NCBI GenBank assembly: GCA_040285745.1
Contig: JAUFOR010000003.1
Location: 1,178,001 to 1,242,000 of the forward strand
Length of the DNA: 64,000 bases
Reading direction: 5' to 3'
Source of the DNA: Barthelona sp. PCE
Taxonomy: Eukaryota
The notes under the pieces are model-generated. The model did not search any database and was not told the DNA's origin. It saw nothing but the letters and a program-made list of their open reading frames with translations. A program made the translations under genes and the position numbers. How positions within the stretch are numbered: the first letter of the stretch is position 1; each line of letters starts with the position of its first letter. Positions 28,582 to 38,325 of this stretch are shown here, in pieces.

Positions 28582-29988
28582 ATGATGACAATGATGAAAA
28601 TCGCATTTGTCTTACTTGTGGCTATGTTAGTCCAGTCATGTGCCCTTAAGATGTCAATGATCAGTGATTATGATAAATACGTGACAGAAAACCCTCACCA
28701 CTTCCTTGTGATGTTCAGCAGGAACGCCAAGGGTCTCGGAGAAATGAAATCCTTCTTCAGAAAGGAGCTCAGCTCATACATGGGCAAGCTTCCGGTCGGA
28801 TTCATGGATATCGCTGATTTCCCAGAGATCAAGGAGGCCAACGGACTGCCCGACACACTCCCCCGACCCATCGGCTTTGTACGTTACAATGGTGTTCTGT
28901 CTCAATACCGTGGAAATATTGGTGGTGATGTATTCAAGAAACGTTTCATTGGTTTGACTCGTCGTAAGTTGCAGGAAATTAATGATCTCTCCGCTGGTAA
29001 ATCATTCACTCGTGTTAAAGGATCTAAACTTTTGTTGTATATTCCCCTTGATGTAAGTGAGGAAACATATGAGTCTTTTATGGATCACCTTGATATTGTC
29101 ACTCACGTCAACGATCTCGCCGAGTTCGGTATCATCAGAGACGCAGATATCGCTAAGAAGTTGCGTTTGAGAGTGGGTAAGAAGCCTTCATATTTCGTTT
29201 ACCGTCCTTTCGAGAGAGTCCAGCGTGTCTCCGCTCGTAAGCCCACCAACACCCAGCAGTACCTTCAGCTCACCACAGACCTTACCGACTGTAAGGTTTG
29301 TGAGTTCGAAGATGATGTCAATGATCACTTGATGACCAGTGAACTTTTCCTTTATTTTGCTGATATGCAGAAGTCCCGTAAGGATGTCCGCACCACTCTG
29401 AAGCAGTTTGTACCCTCCGCCAAGAAGAATAAGATTCGTATTTTTAGCTTGGGTGGAAAAACATATTCGGATCTTGCTCAGCGTCTGAAGCTAAAGGATG
29501 TCCCTGCCCTTGTTGCTGTCCGTATGACAGAGCCACAGGGTCAGTTTATTTATGATGGTGATTATTCTTCCGAGTCATTGGATGAGTTTATCATTAAGTT
29601 TAGAAATAATGAACTGGTTAACAAGGCACGTTCTCAGCCCATTGTTCCCCCAGAGGAGCAGAAGAACAACAAGATAGTTGTTCTCGACGATTGGGAACAG
29701 TTCTTTAACCAGAAGACAACCCGTCTTTTGAAGATTTTCGCTCCCTGGTGTGGTCACTGCAAGGCAATGGCTGAGGATTGGAACACATTGGCTGATAGGC
29801 TCGCAGAGGAGGGCTCCGACGTCATTGTTGGTGAATATGATGGTGATAGCAATGATATGCCTGCTCAATTTGAAGGAAAGATTAAGGGGTATCCAACTGT
29901 TGTGAAGATCACTGCTGATGATGAGGTCAAGTTTTACGAGGGCCAAAGAACACTAGAAGCCATGTACGCTTGGGCAAAAGAAGAATAA
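28582..29988 (+). CDS. Protein disulfide isomerase-family protein with a single C-terminal CGHC domain
   Basis: Signal peptide; FAPWCGHCK, IKGYPT and YEGQRT. Upstream thioredoxin-like folds lack the active-site motif. Confidence 0.85.
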   Translation: MMTMMKIAFVLLVAMLVQSCALKMSMISDYDKYVTENPHHFLVMFSRNAKGLGEMKSFFRKELSSYMGKLPVGFMDIADFPEIKEANGLPDTLPRPIGFVRYNGVLSQYRGNIGGDVFKKRFIGLTRRKLQEINDLSAGKSFTRVKGSKLLLYIPLDVSEETYESFMDHLDIVTHVNDLAEFGIIRDADIAKKLRLRVGKKPSYFVYRPFERVQRVSARKPTNTQQYLQLTTDLTDCKVCEFEDDVNDHLMTSELFLYFADMQKSRKDVRTTLKQFVPSAKKNKIRIFSLGGKTYSDLAQRLKLKDVPALVAVRMTEPQGQFIYDGDYSSESLDEFIIKFRNNELVNKARSQPIVPPEEQKNNKIVVLDDWEQFFNQKTTRLLKIFAPWCGHCKAMAEDWNTLADRLAEEGSDVIVGEYDGDSNDMPAQFEGKIKGYPTVVKITADDEVKFYEGQRTLEAMYAWAKEE

Positions 29989-30149
29989 ATAGTGATTAAT
30001 ACAGGTAGATGATTCTATGCCTTAATCTATCGCGCACTTAGTTCATTGAAGTAGCATTGGTGTTTTAAGTCCATTTTGTACAGTAACTTATGCTAAGAAG
30101 CTGGATGGTTTTTTGTGATCTGTTTTTGTACATTTGACCTTTTTTTTGC

Positions 30150-31739
30150 ATGTCGAACGCTATAGACGTTACACAATGGGCAGCACAGCGCCGGGAGAAG
30201 ATCCTTCACGCGCAAAGGATGCGCGAAGAACGCGAGCAGATGCAAAACCCAGAAAATCCATCGAGGTATTCTGCGGTTAATGAGCATATGTCTCAAGACG
30301 ACTACAACCGCCAGCAACACAACCGTGTTGATTATGAAGATGATTATTTTGCTGAAACAGAGAAGAAAGAACCAGAATTTGAATGGGATGGAAAATTTGC
30401 TGATGAACCCTTTGATCCAGAGAAATTTAGACCAAAGAAAAAGAAGAAGAAGAGGAAGCCGAAAGAGAGTAATACACAGCGACCTTATTCAAGGAATTCA
30501 CAGGGGAAGTACAAAAATTTTATTTCTTTCGATGAAGAAGAGGAAGAAGAAGAGGATTTTGATTTTGAGCAGCCCAAACCCAAGGTTTCTTCAAGGACAG
30601 AGCGTAAACAATACACTCAGGAGGATATGGGCTTACCGATGACATCCAGGTTTGATTATAAGGAGCCGAATGATGTAACTAACTTCTACACGTCCAGAAA
30701 AACAGAGGAGGAGAGGGCCGAGCAACCAAAAACTGGAATTAAGTCTTCTCTAACACTATTGAAGAGTTTGACATCCGTTAATAGACGTTTCCAAACACCA
30801 AGATCGAAACAAGCAAGGCTTCGCAGTGCCAATTCGGCCAGACGTAGTCGTAGATCATTGGACTCGCCAAAGACAAAGTCAAGACAGACAAATAATAGTA
30901 TACCCCTTCGTACACAACGTTCATTGGAGAAAGTCGATCCTTTTGAGGATTTGAACCTTCAAGACGCAGTTAATGATTTTTCTGGTAAGCAAAAACCGTC
31001 CAAAGAGCGTCAAAGTAGGGAGGATCGTCGTAAGTACAGGCCACAGTCAAACGAGCGTAGAACTCAAACGAGAGAACGTCAGCAAAAGTCAAGAGAGCGA
31101 GAAGAAAGATCAAGACGCGAACCAGAGCCAGAAGAAAGGCATGCCCCAGCAAGAAATATTCCACCTCAGGTATCGCACAAGAGTGAGATAAATGTTGATG
31201 ACCAGCCAGTGGGAGTACCCTTGACATCAGCAGAAGAAGCTATCCCAGAATATGATTCTGTCCAACTTGTAGCTTGCTCCATATGCCAACGTCGGTTTAA
31301 CAAGGACAGGTTGGCTAAGCATACAAAGATATGCAGGAAAAACCAGGAAAAGGATGCGAAGAGACAGGCATTAATTGCAAAGAAGAATGCTAATAAGCCC
31401 AAACCTGTAGCATCACCGAAGAAGAAGTCTCCTGGTGAAGTTCCAAAGTGGAAACTTGATGCAGCACGGTTCAGATTAATAAGATTGAGAGAGAAATACG
31501 CAGCAAAGAATCCAGCAGAACAGTTTAAACTTATCATGAAGGATAAATTGATTAGAGAATTGGAACAGTTGAAACCAGGTTTTATTGATGGCGGTGGTAG
31601 TGTTGATACTCGTGTAGCTTGTAGATTTTGCAGTAGAAAGTTTGCAGAAGATCGTATAGCCAAGCATGAGAGTGTGTGTCCTCAGAAAAACAAGGGAGGT
31701 GGTCCTAAAAGACGTGCACCTCGTCGTAGACGTAGATAA
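30150..31739 (+). CDS. C2HC zinc-finger protein (ZC2HC1-like)
   Basis: Two fingers, CSICQRRFNKDRLAKHTKIC and CRFCSRKFAEDRIAKHESVC, in low-complexity charged sequence. Confidence 0.8.
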   Translation: MSNAIDVTQWAAQRREKILHAQRMREEREQMQNPENPSRYSAVNEHMSQDDYNRQQHNRVDYEDDYFAETEKKEPEFEWDGKFADEPFDPEKFRPKKKKKKRKPKESNTQRPYSRNSQGKYKNFISFDEEEEEEEDFDFEQPKPKVSSRTERKQYTQEDMGLPMTSRFDYKEPNDVTNFYTSRKTEEERAEQPKTGIKSSLTLLKSLTSVNRRFQTPRSKQARLRSANSARRSRRSLDSPKTKSRQTNNSIPLRTQRSLEKVDPFEDLNLQDAVNDFSGKQKPSKERQSREDRRKYRPQSNERRTQTRERQQKSREREERSRREPEPEERHAPARNIPPQVSHKSEINVDDQPVGVPLTSAEEAIPEYDSVQLVACSICQRRFNKDRLAKHTKICRKNQEKDAKRQALIAKKNANKPKPVASPKKKSPGEVPKWKLDAARFRLIRLREKYAAKNPAEQFKLIMKDKLIRELEQLKPGFIDGGGSVDTRVACRFCSRKFAEDRIAKHESVCPQKNKGGGPKRRAPRRRRR

Positions 31740-31757
31740 TGCAGGATTATTTATCAA

Positions 31758-32549
31758 TTAAGTTTGATGAGCTTCTTTACGCATATATCTTGAAAAGAAA
31801 CGTCTATTTTGTTTAAATGGTCGTTGATATCTGTCAAATAAAGCATAATATTGTGAAACTTTAGCTTTTTTAGGAAATTGCTCAATGGTATCAACAAAAA
31901 TTTTTTTTTCAGTACATTGCTCTTTTTTTGGAACTTGTTTCACTTTTCCTCCTAATTGAGTAAAGCGAGGAGAGCGGAAACGACAGTTAGGACAAGAGCG
32001 ATGTTCATGTACAACCCTATTAAGACAACTAGAACAACCTAACGCCCCACAACAATCCATGGTTGCTGGATTTGTTGGTGTGCAACGACATATCATACAT
32101 GTTGAAGTATTACTATCATCCATTCTATGCTTTCTACGCTGGGTACGCACCTGTTGAGGTTGAGGATCGTTAGAACTTGAGAAAAGTCCGGCAACACGAG
32201 AAATATCACCAGCAACATACATATCTGTTTGCTCAAAAAGCTCCTCAGTGCGGTCCTCTTCAATCTTATTGAATGCTGCAACTGAGGTTTCTTCCGGAGG
32301 ATGCAATTTTCGAGTAATTAGCAATTTGCTTCCTCTTTCAATTAACTCCTGATCCTCGTACTCTTTTTTGGTCCCAGCATCGACTATTTTCAAATCAAAC
32401 GCTCGTGCAGTTGCAGTTTGTGTTCCAAACTCGGCGTGGCTAAGAATGTTGGTTTTAATAAAGTTACAGCTCACATGGCTATTTCTAATGGGTATCTCAC
32501 GATACATTCTATCGATTTCATCAGGAAACTTCCACAAAATGGTTGCCAT
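31758..32549 (-). CDS. RBBP6/Mpe1-like protein (DWNN ubiquitin-like domain plus RING)
   Basis: N-terminal ILWKF...FDLKIVDAGTKKEYEDQELIERGSKLLITRK (DWNN). RING CMIC...CCGALGCSSC...CPNC. Confidence 0.8.
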   Translation of the reverse strand: MATILWKFPDEIDRMYREIPIRNSHVSCNFIKTNILSHAEFGTQTATARAFDLKIVDAGTKKEYEDQELIERGSKLLITRKLHPPEETSVAAFNKIEEDRTEELFEQTDMYVAGDISRVAGLFSSSNDPQPQQVRTQRRKHRMDDSNTSTCMICRCTPTNPATMDCCGALGCSSCLNRVVHEHRSCPNCRFRSPRFTQLGGKVKQVPKKEQCTEKKIFVDTIEQFPKKAKVSQYYALFDRYQRPFKQNRRFFSRYMRKEAHQT

Positions 32550-32693
32550 GATATTGAAAAAAGGTATAAAATTGGAAACAAGGATTACGTTATTGTAGTT
32601 TGGTTTTGAGGATGAAATAAGTTATTGTTACTCTGGATGAATCATAAATAAGGTAAATAAGTGTTTGAACATTTTTAACTCAGATCATGTACT

Positions 32694-34490
32694 ATGCCAA
32701 GACAACTAGGTAAAAAGAGTTCGATTTCGATTAAAAAAGAGGGCATTGTGTACCCAAAGGAGTACAATGATTTTCAATTGCATAAAGGTCCAGTTTTTTT
32801 TGAAGACATTTCATCTATAATGTTACAGGATAAGTATGAGTGTTGTTTATATGACAATACATTGTATCAGAAGCAGTTACATGAGGATGATGAAAGTATT
32901 AAAGCAACAGTTACGTTTTTTTCCATTGATGATAATGATGGCACGTTGAAAGAGCTTTCTTCTTGGATTGCAGATGTCCCAAGAAACACATGTGGCGTTG
33001 TTGGCATTGTGGAAGGTGTTTTTATCACTCTATACAAAAGTGATTGGATCTATGGAGTTTTTAAGAACGGGGTCAGGCAAGAAAACTCTGTTGCCAATGA
33101 CATGAAGTATTTCCATGACGAAAGATGCATTTCATGGATTGATGAATTTAACACAGATGTTGCTTTGTTTGATATGGATACCAAGCGATTTGTTTTTGAA
33201 TCTTTACAAGATTCAGTAATTTTAGCACTAGTAACGAACATGCCGGGCTGCTATATCGCGTTAAGCGTGAAAGAATGCAGTTTGCTTAGGCCAGGGAAGA
33301 GAGATTTTTTCTCATTCCAAGAACTGAATGAACTGGTTTATTTGTTATCGAGTAACCCAAATGGTTTTAACTGTAGTTCATGCTTTGTTAGTGTAGACAT
33401 GAAGGGTAATATTTCTGTTAATTTAACAACATGTGATTGTAATACATATTGTTTTAATGAGAATGGGATAATTTCTAAATATAAAGTTCCTAAATATGTT
33501 AATAACCCAAAATTGTTAGATAACCTAGATTACTTTTCGTTATCAAACTGGAGACTGACGTTTTGGAGAGTTGTATCACTTTATGAACATAAGTTTTTAT
33601 GCTCAGATATAAGTACATTAATATATAAGAAAGGTTTAGTGGTCTCAGAGACAGTATGTGGTTGTTTTTTCATGTTAGATGTGTATAGTAATCGAATTTT
33701 TTTAATTGATGACAGTGATTTGTGTGTTTTTGAATATTTACCATCTGTGAACACCATATGGTTTGGATTCAACACAGATATGGACTCAAAACATAATTTC
33801 ATAGTGAAATTTGAGGATAAGAAAAAAATTTGGAGCAGTGATGAAGAAATTCTTTTCTTTATTACTTTTGATAGGTATGTATTGTACAACATGCACACCA
33901 AAGCATTAAGCGTGAGATCATTAGTTAATTATGGTGAAGAACTTGTTTCATATAGTATCGGGCTTAGTTGCAAAGTATATGCTATTCATGATGATTTTAT
34001 TATTCTTTATCGTGACGGAGCTTTATATTTTGTTCACGCAGACTCACCAGATCGCATAACATGCACCATAAAGGATGTTGCTGCTGTTATTCCTAACCCA
34101 TTTAATCCATCATTGTTTATTGTTGTTTTTCCAGACAGATCGGTTGTGCATATGTACGATTGCGATTTGAGGGAGGCAATGGTGCTTGAAACAGTGCATG
34201 GGTTTGGGAAAAATTTTTTCTTCAGTCGATGGTGTTTTGCTGTTCCAGAAAAGGGTTTGTTTCGTATAAACCCTCATGACTTCGGCATCAGTGTTCTACT
34301 TGATATGAGTTTTGACGGGTTTGAGTGGTCAGTTCCTGAAAATGGTGTACTGTATGGAATTTCTATTCTTGACAACATGGTTTTAAGTCGGAAAATTGTG
34401 ATGAACGTGTGGGGAGAAATAGAAAGCGATGATATGGATCGATTTTCATTGGAAGGATGCATTATGAAATCGAAATGTTTTAATAGCTGA
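32694..34490 (+). CDS. Hypothetical beta-rich protein, possible 'MPR-' family member 3
   Basis: 598-aa ORF starting MPRQLGK; similar composition and weak C-terminal resemblance to the other two members. Confidence 0.65.
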   Translation: MPRQLGKKSSISIKKEGIVYPKEYNDFQLHKGPVFFEDISSIMLQDKYECCLYDNTLYQKQLHEDDESIKATVTFFSIDDNDGTLKELSSWIADVPRNTCGVVGIVEGVFITLYKSDWIYGVFKNGVRQENSVANDMKYFHDERCISWIDEFNTDVALFDMDTKRFVFESLQDSVILALVTNMPGCYIALSVKECSLLRPGKRDFFSFQELNELVYLLSSNPNGFNCSSCFVSVDMKGNISVNLTTCDCNTYCFNENGIISKYKVPKYVNNPKLLDNLDYFSLSNWRLTFWRVVSLYEHKFLCSDISTLIYKKGLVVSETVCGCFFMLDVYSNRIFLIDDSDLCVFEYLPSVNTIWFGFNTDMDSKHNFIVKFEDKKKIWSSDEEILFFITFDRYVLYNMHTKALSVRSLVNYGEELVSYSIGLSCKVYAIHDDFIILYRDGALYFVHADSPDRITCTIKDVAAVIPNPFNPSLFIVVFPDRSVVHMYDCDLREAMVLETVHGFGKNFFFSRWCFAVPEKGLFRINPHDFGISVLLDMSFDGFEWSVPENGVLYGISILDNMVLSRKIVMNVWGEIESDDMDRFSLEGCIMKSKCFNS

Positions 34491-34769
34491 GCGTTTGTTT
34501 TATTATTCAATAAATTGTATGTGTATATGCATATCTTGGTATCAAGCACCTCAATGGTGACTCATTGATACTAGAACATGCATGTGAGTTGATTTTCAAC
34601 ACATTCTTGGTTAAAGCATAATTTCACACTTTTATACTGTGACATAATGTAAAATCCAGAATAAATGGCCGCCCACAACAGAATATGAATGGATTGTGAA
34701 ATGATTGCGTTTTCACACATTCAACCTTTTCTTTCGTTTTATAGCAAATCTAGCCTCCCTTTACATCAA

Positions 34770-37700
34770 ATGGAGGCCGAGCTAATCAAACCACTTTGGC
34801 TAGGATCGCCATTTAGGATTAACGATAAAAAAGAGTTTGCTTTCGATAACAACGAGCTTTATGAGAAATTCTATGAACTCAGCGATAACACCTCGCTGAT
34901 GAACGACTGTAATCTGAGTGATGAACGCATCTCATATCTTGAGGACTCGGGAAATTTTGTAGATCTCATCTCGTTACTTTTCAAGGTTTTACACAACCGT
35001 ATGCGATTGGGATTGGTCGATAATGTGCAAATTAACCTTCCCCGTTTAGTTCTTAGAAGCAATTACTACGCAGTACAATGTATACTTCAAAATCAGTACA
35101 AGTTTGCTCAACGTTTGCTCGATTATGCAATGGAGCTCTCTGCAAGAGACAACCCTTTCCGTATGTCGTACCCAGAAAGGCAGAGTTTACGTGCTGTATC
35201 TCTTAATAATCTTGCAATCATTATGCGCAATCGTAATCGATATTTTGATGCATGTAATTACCTAAAACGGGCCATAAAGCTTGAATCCAAGGTAATGGAC
35301 GCAAATAATCGTGGCGGAACATTGTTAAATTGTTCAGTATTATTGTTGCAATTAGGTGATGAAGATTTAGCTTTAAATTATGCTAAAAAAAGTGTGAAGA
35401 TATTTGAGATAGAATTATCAGATATCCTTAGTGCAAATCCAAATTGTATAGATGATGATAGTAATGAACATCATGTTTTGCGCGAACTTGCATCTTACGT
35501 TAGTGCAGGTCGTTTGTGTGTAGCAGCAGCTGCTCAGCGTTTGTTCAAAAGAAAACTGTGTATGACTAATCTCCAACACGCTCTCAATACTTCTAATGCG
35601 TTTTTAGGAGGCAAAGATCGTATCACATTGACAGTTACACGTGTTTTCACCCAGGTTCGAGGTTCAATTCCTGGTGAAGTTGTTCCCAAAACACCACGTA
35701 TTTCACCAAAGAAAAAACAGAGACCAAAATCTTCACGTTTACCAAATAAGAATTCGCCAGTACCTTCATTGAAATTAAAAAGACCGAATACCGCAGCTGG
35801 TGTACGTAAATTCAGAAGAAAGTCGCCTAATCGGTCACAAAGAGTGCGTAAATCAGTACCAACACCATTGGCAGATTCCATTCGCCCAGTTATACCATCG
35901 CGTAAGAAAAAACCGAAAAAGAAGAGGAATGAAAGACGCACTTCACAGGCACAATCACAGGATCTTCTACAGGAGATCCTCAAGGTGCAGTCAAGGCTTG
36001 GTAGCTCATCGAAGTTGAATTTTTCACCTCATTTCGTTGATGATCTTTTGAACGTTATTGACAAGAGGAATAATTCAAGTAGTGCCCGTGGAGAGGTTGT
36101 ATCCCCATTGGACGATGACATGCCCCGTATGGAGCCACTGATGACGAACGAGGATGCAGCAAAGTTGATACAACGAGTGTATCGTGGTCACCGTGATCGT
36201 GAGCGTTATCGCAGGATCAAGCGTCGAAGAGATCGTAAGAGAAAGCAGGATCGGGAGCAGAAGGAGAAAGAGAGGATAAGGGAGTATAAGGAACGGAGAA
36301 AGATGGAAAAGGAACGTTTAGAGAAGGAGCATGAGGCTGCACGTCGTAGAGAACGTGATCGTATGCTCCGCAACCGAGAGCGCCGCATAAAGGAAAAGGA
36401 GGACGTTGAGAAAGAGGAGAAACAGCGTCAGGATAGAATGATGAGAGAAGGATATGTTACAAAGATATTACCTGTTGCTCGTTGTTTAATTCAGAGAAAC
36501 AGCTTCGAAAAGGTTCGCTGGGCCACAGTTAAGCTTCAATCCATGTGGCGTGGTCGAATGGATCGTATCTTTTACAAGAACGAGAGGAAAGAGAAATACG
36601 ATCTGGAGCGGGATATGGTCAAGCGTCGTCGCACAAAGGCAGCTAATATCATTGCTGACTCATATCTGTCATATCGGGCACGTAAAGAGCTGAACAGTAG
36701 GCGAAAATTTTCATCCGAAAAGCAAGCAGTGTTGTGTATCGAGCATGTATATAAGCGATTCACAATCAGGCGTGGACTCAAAAAGCTCCAATGGGCCGCA
36801 AAGGTTATCAAGAAGCACTCTGCGCTCTATAAAGCTAAATTGTTCAGGCAACAGCAGAAGCAGGCAGCATTAATAGCAAGTAGATTGTATAGAGGTCGTG
36901 CTGCACGTAAGCAGATATTGAGCATGCGGGAGGAGAAGAGGAAGCGAGAAGAGGCTGCAGTCATCCTCCAGGCTCATTGGCGTGGAAGGCAGGTCCGTAA
37001 GAAGCTCAAGGCGATGGAGCGCCATGTCAAGGACGAAGAAGACATTGAATTCGACTACCGCAGGACCTCCGTCACTAATTATCGAAACATGGTACGTAGA
37101 CAGGAGGAAGAACTGGCTTATGGTCGTGTTATGGAGCTTGATGAAGTTTTACAGGATGTTGATGAGGTTTTTGATTTCATGGATGAGGAGAGCGATTTTG
37201 AAAAGGAACCTGAAGTTAATGATATCATCTTGGACTCAGTTACAGTTGATGTCGACGATGAAGAGCCAATTTTTGTGTCACACACCGAGATGCTTGCTGA
37301 AGAACCAGTTGAAGAACCAATTGAAGAAGTTGAAGAACCAATTGAAGAAGTTGAAGAAGACATGGCGCATGATATGGAAATTGTTTCTAGCGTTGATGGG
37401 TATGTGGAAGACGTTGTTGATGATGTTTTTGAAGAGACTTATGTTGGTATCCTGCAAGATATTGATGCTGAAGTTGCTCCTGTCGCCCCACGTATTACAG
37501 AAATTAAAACCACAGTAAGTGACGATGAGGAGATTGTTGAGCCAAAAGCCTCAGTTGATCGTAGTGCAATTCCGTTTGATGATAAGATGGATGTCTTCGA
37601 CAGATCAATACGTAATGCTGGTATCCTTCAGGTTCCAGAACACGTTGATGCATTCACTGATGAGGAGGATGTGCAACCTACAAAGGAGAAACTGGATAAA

Positions 37701-38321
37701 ATGGTTGAAGAAATTGAATCTCATAATTTACCTCCTCCTTTTAGCGATGAAAGTGATGAGTTTGAGTCTATGTCAGAGGGAGAATTATCAGAGAATGAAG
37801 AACCAGCCCCTGTATCGACTATCCGTCGTCGCTCAGTGGCTGTCTCACGAATTAGTGATGAGAGTGACTTGAGTGACAGCGATTCTGATCTTTCAGCCAT
37901 AGAGGAAGATGTTCCTCCTCCAGTTTCCGTGCCAGAGGTTGAAGACCTCCCTTTCGATGATTATGATGAATACTATGACTCTGATGAGTTTGAGAGTTAT
38001 TCGGAGGATGAAGTCGAAAAGAAGACCGAGGCAGAAGAGGCAACCCCAACTGCATCTCCAATGATTTCTCCAACAAGCCTTCAACTTATGAGGGAGACAT
38101 CTACCGGTTCACTGGAGGACGCCATTGAGAGAAAGGTTGAGGAGGTTACGCCCAGGCAGCGATCAAAGCTTGTCGAAGCATCTGTAACACCCGGTCCTGA
38201 GCCAATTAAAAAGATTACGGCAATTACGCCTGAGAAGAAACAACCAGCTAAATCACAACTGCAAGCAATTGTGTTTGATGATTCAGAAAGTGACAGTGAT
38301 TTCGAAGATTTTTCTGATTAA
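34770..38321 (+). CDS. TPR plus multiple IQ calmodulin-binding motifs, charged coiled coil and acidic tail (alternative ATGs from 34689)
   Basis: TPR-like AVSLNNLA...YLKRAIKLE and TLLNCS...ALNYAKKS. IQ motifs AAKLIQRVYRGHRDR, KLQSMWRGRMDR and AAVILQAHWRGRQVRK. ATG 34770 follows CCCTTT. Confidence 0.8.
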   Translation: MEAELIKPLWLGSPFRINDKKEFAFDNNELYEKFYELSDNTSLMNDCNLSDERISYLEDSGNFVDLISLLFKVLHNRMRLGLVDNVQINLPRLVLRSNYYAVQCILQNQYKFAQRLLDYAMELSARDNPFRMSYPERQSLRAVSLNNLAIIMRNRNRYFDACNYLKRAIKLESKVMDANNRGGTLLNCSVLLLQLGDEDLALNYAKKSVKIFEIELSDILSANPNCIDDDSNEHHVLRELASYVSAGRLCVAAAAQRLFKRKLCMTNLQHALNTSNAFLGGKDRITLTVTRVFTQVRGSIPGEVVPKTPRISPKKKQRPKSSRLPNKNSPVPSLKLKRPNTAAGVRKFRRKSPNRSQRVRKSVPTPLADSIRPVIPSRKKKPKKKRNERRTSQAQSQDLLQEILKVQSRLGSSSKLNFSPHFVDDLLNVIDKRNNSSSARGEVVSPLDDDMPRMEPLMTNEDAAKLIQRVYRGHRDRERYRRIKRRRDRKRKQDREQKEKERIREYKERRKMEKERLEKEHEAARRRERDRMLRNRERRIKEKEDVEKEEKQRQDRMMREGYVTKILPVARCLIQRNSFEKVRWATVKLQSMWRGRMDRIFYKNERKEKYDLERDMVKRRRTKAANIIADSYLSYRARKELNSRRKFSSEKQAVLCIEHVYKRFTIRRGLKKLQWAAKVIKKHSALYKAKLFRQQQKQAALIASRLYRGRAARKQILSMREEKRKREEAAVILQAHWRGRQVRKKLKAMERHVKDEEDIEFDYRRTSVTNYRNMVRRQEEELAYGRVMELDEVLQDVDEVFDFMDEESDFEKEPEVNDIILDSVTVDVDDEEPIFVSHTEMLAEEPVEEPIEEVEEPIEEVEEDMAHDMEIVSSVDGYVEDVVDDVFEETYVGILQDIDAEVAPVAPRITEIKTTVSDDEEIVEPKASVDRSAIPFDDKMDVFDRSIRNAGILQVPEHVDAFTDEEDVQPTKEKLDKMVEEIESHNLPPPFSDESDEFESMSEGELSENEEPAPVSTIRRRSVAVSRISDESDLSDSDSDLSAIEEDVPPPVSVPEVEDLPFDDYDEYYDSDEFESYSEDEVEKKTEAEEATPTASPMISPTSLQLMRETSTGSLEDAIERKVEEVTPRQRSKLVEASVTPGPEPIKKITAITPEKKQPAKSQLQAIVFDDSESDSDFEDFSD
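37298..37358 (+). repeat. Short coding tandem repeat (EEPV EEPIEEV EEPIEEV EE)
   Basis: GAAGAACCAATTGAAGAAGTT occurs twice in tandem, with partial copies on both sides. Confidence 0.8.
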
Positions 38322-38325
38322 TTGA

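Noticed and set aside
32653-32683. Possible 31-nt 5'-UTR intron GTAAAT...TTTAACTCAG
   Set aside because: Donor, length and branch spacing all differ from the two better-supported introns.
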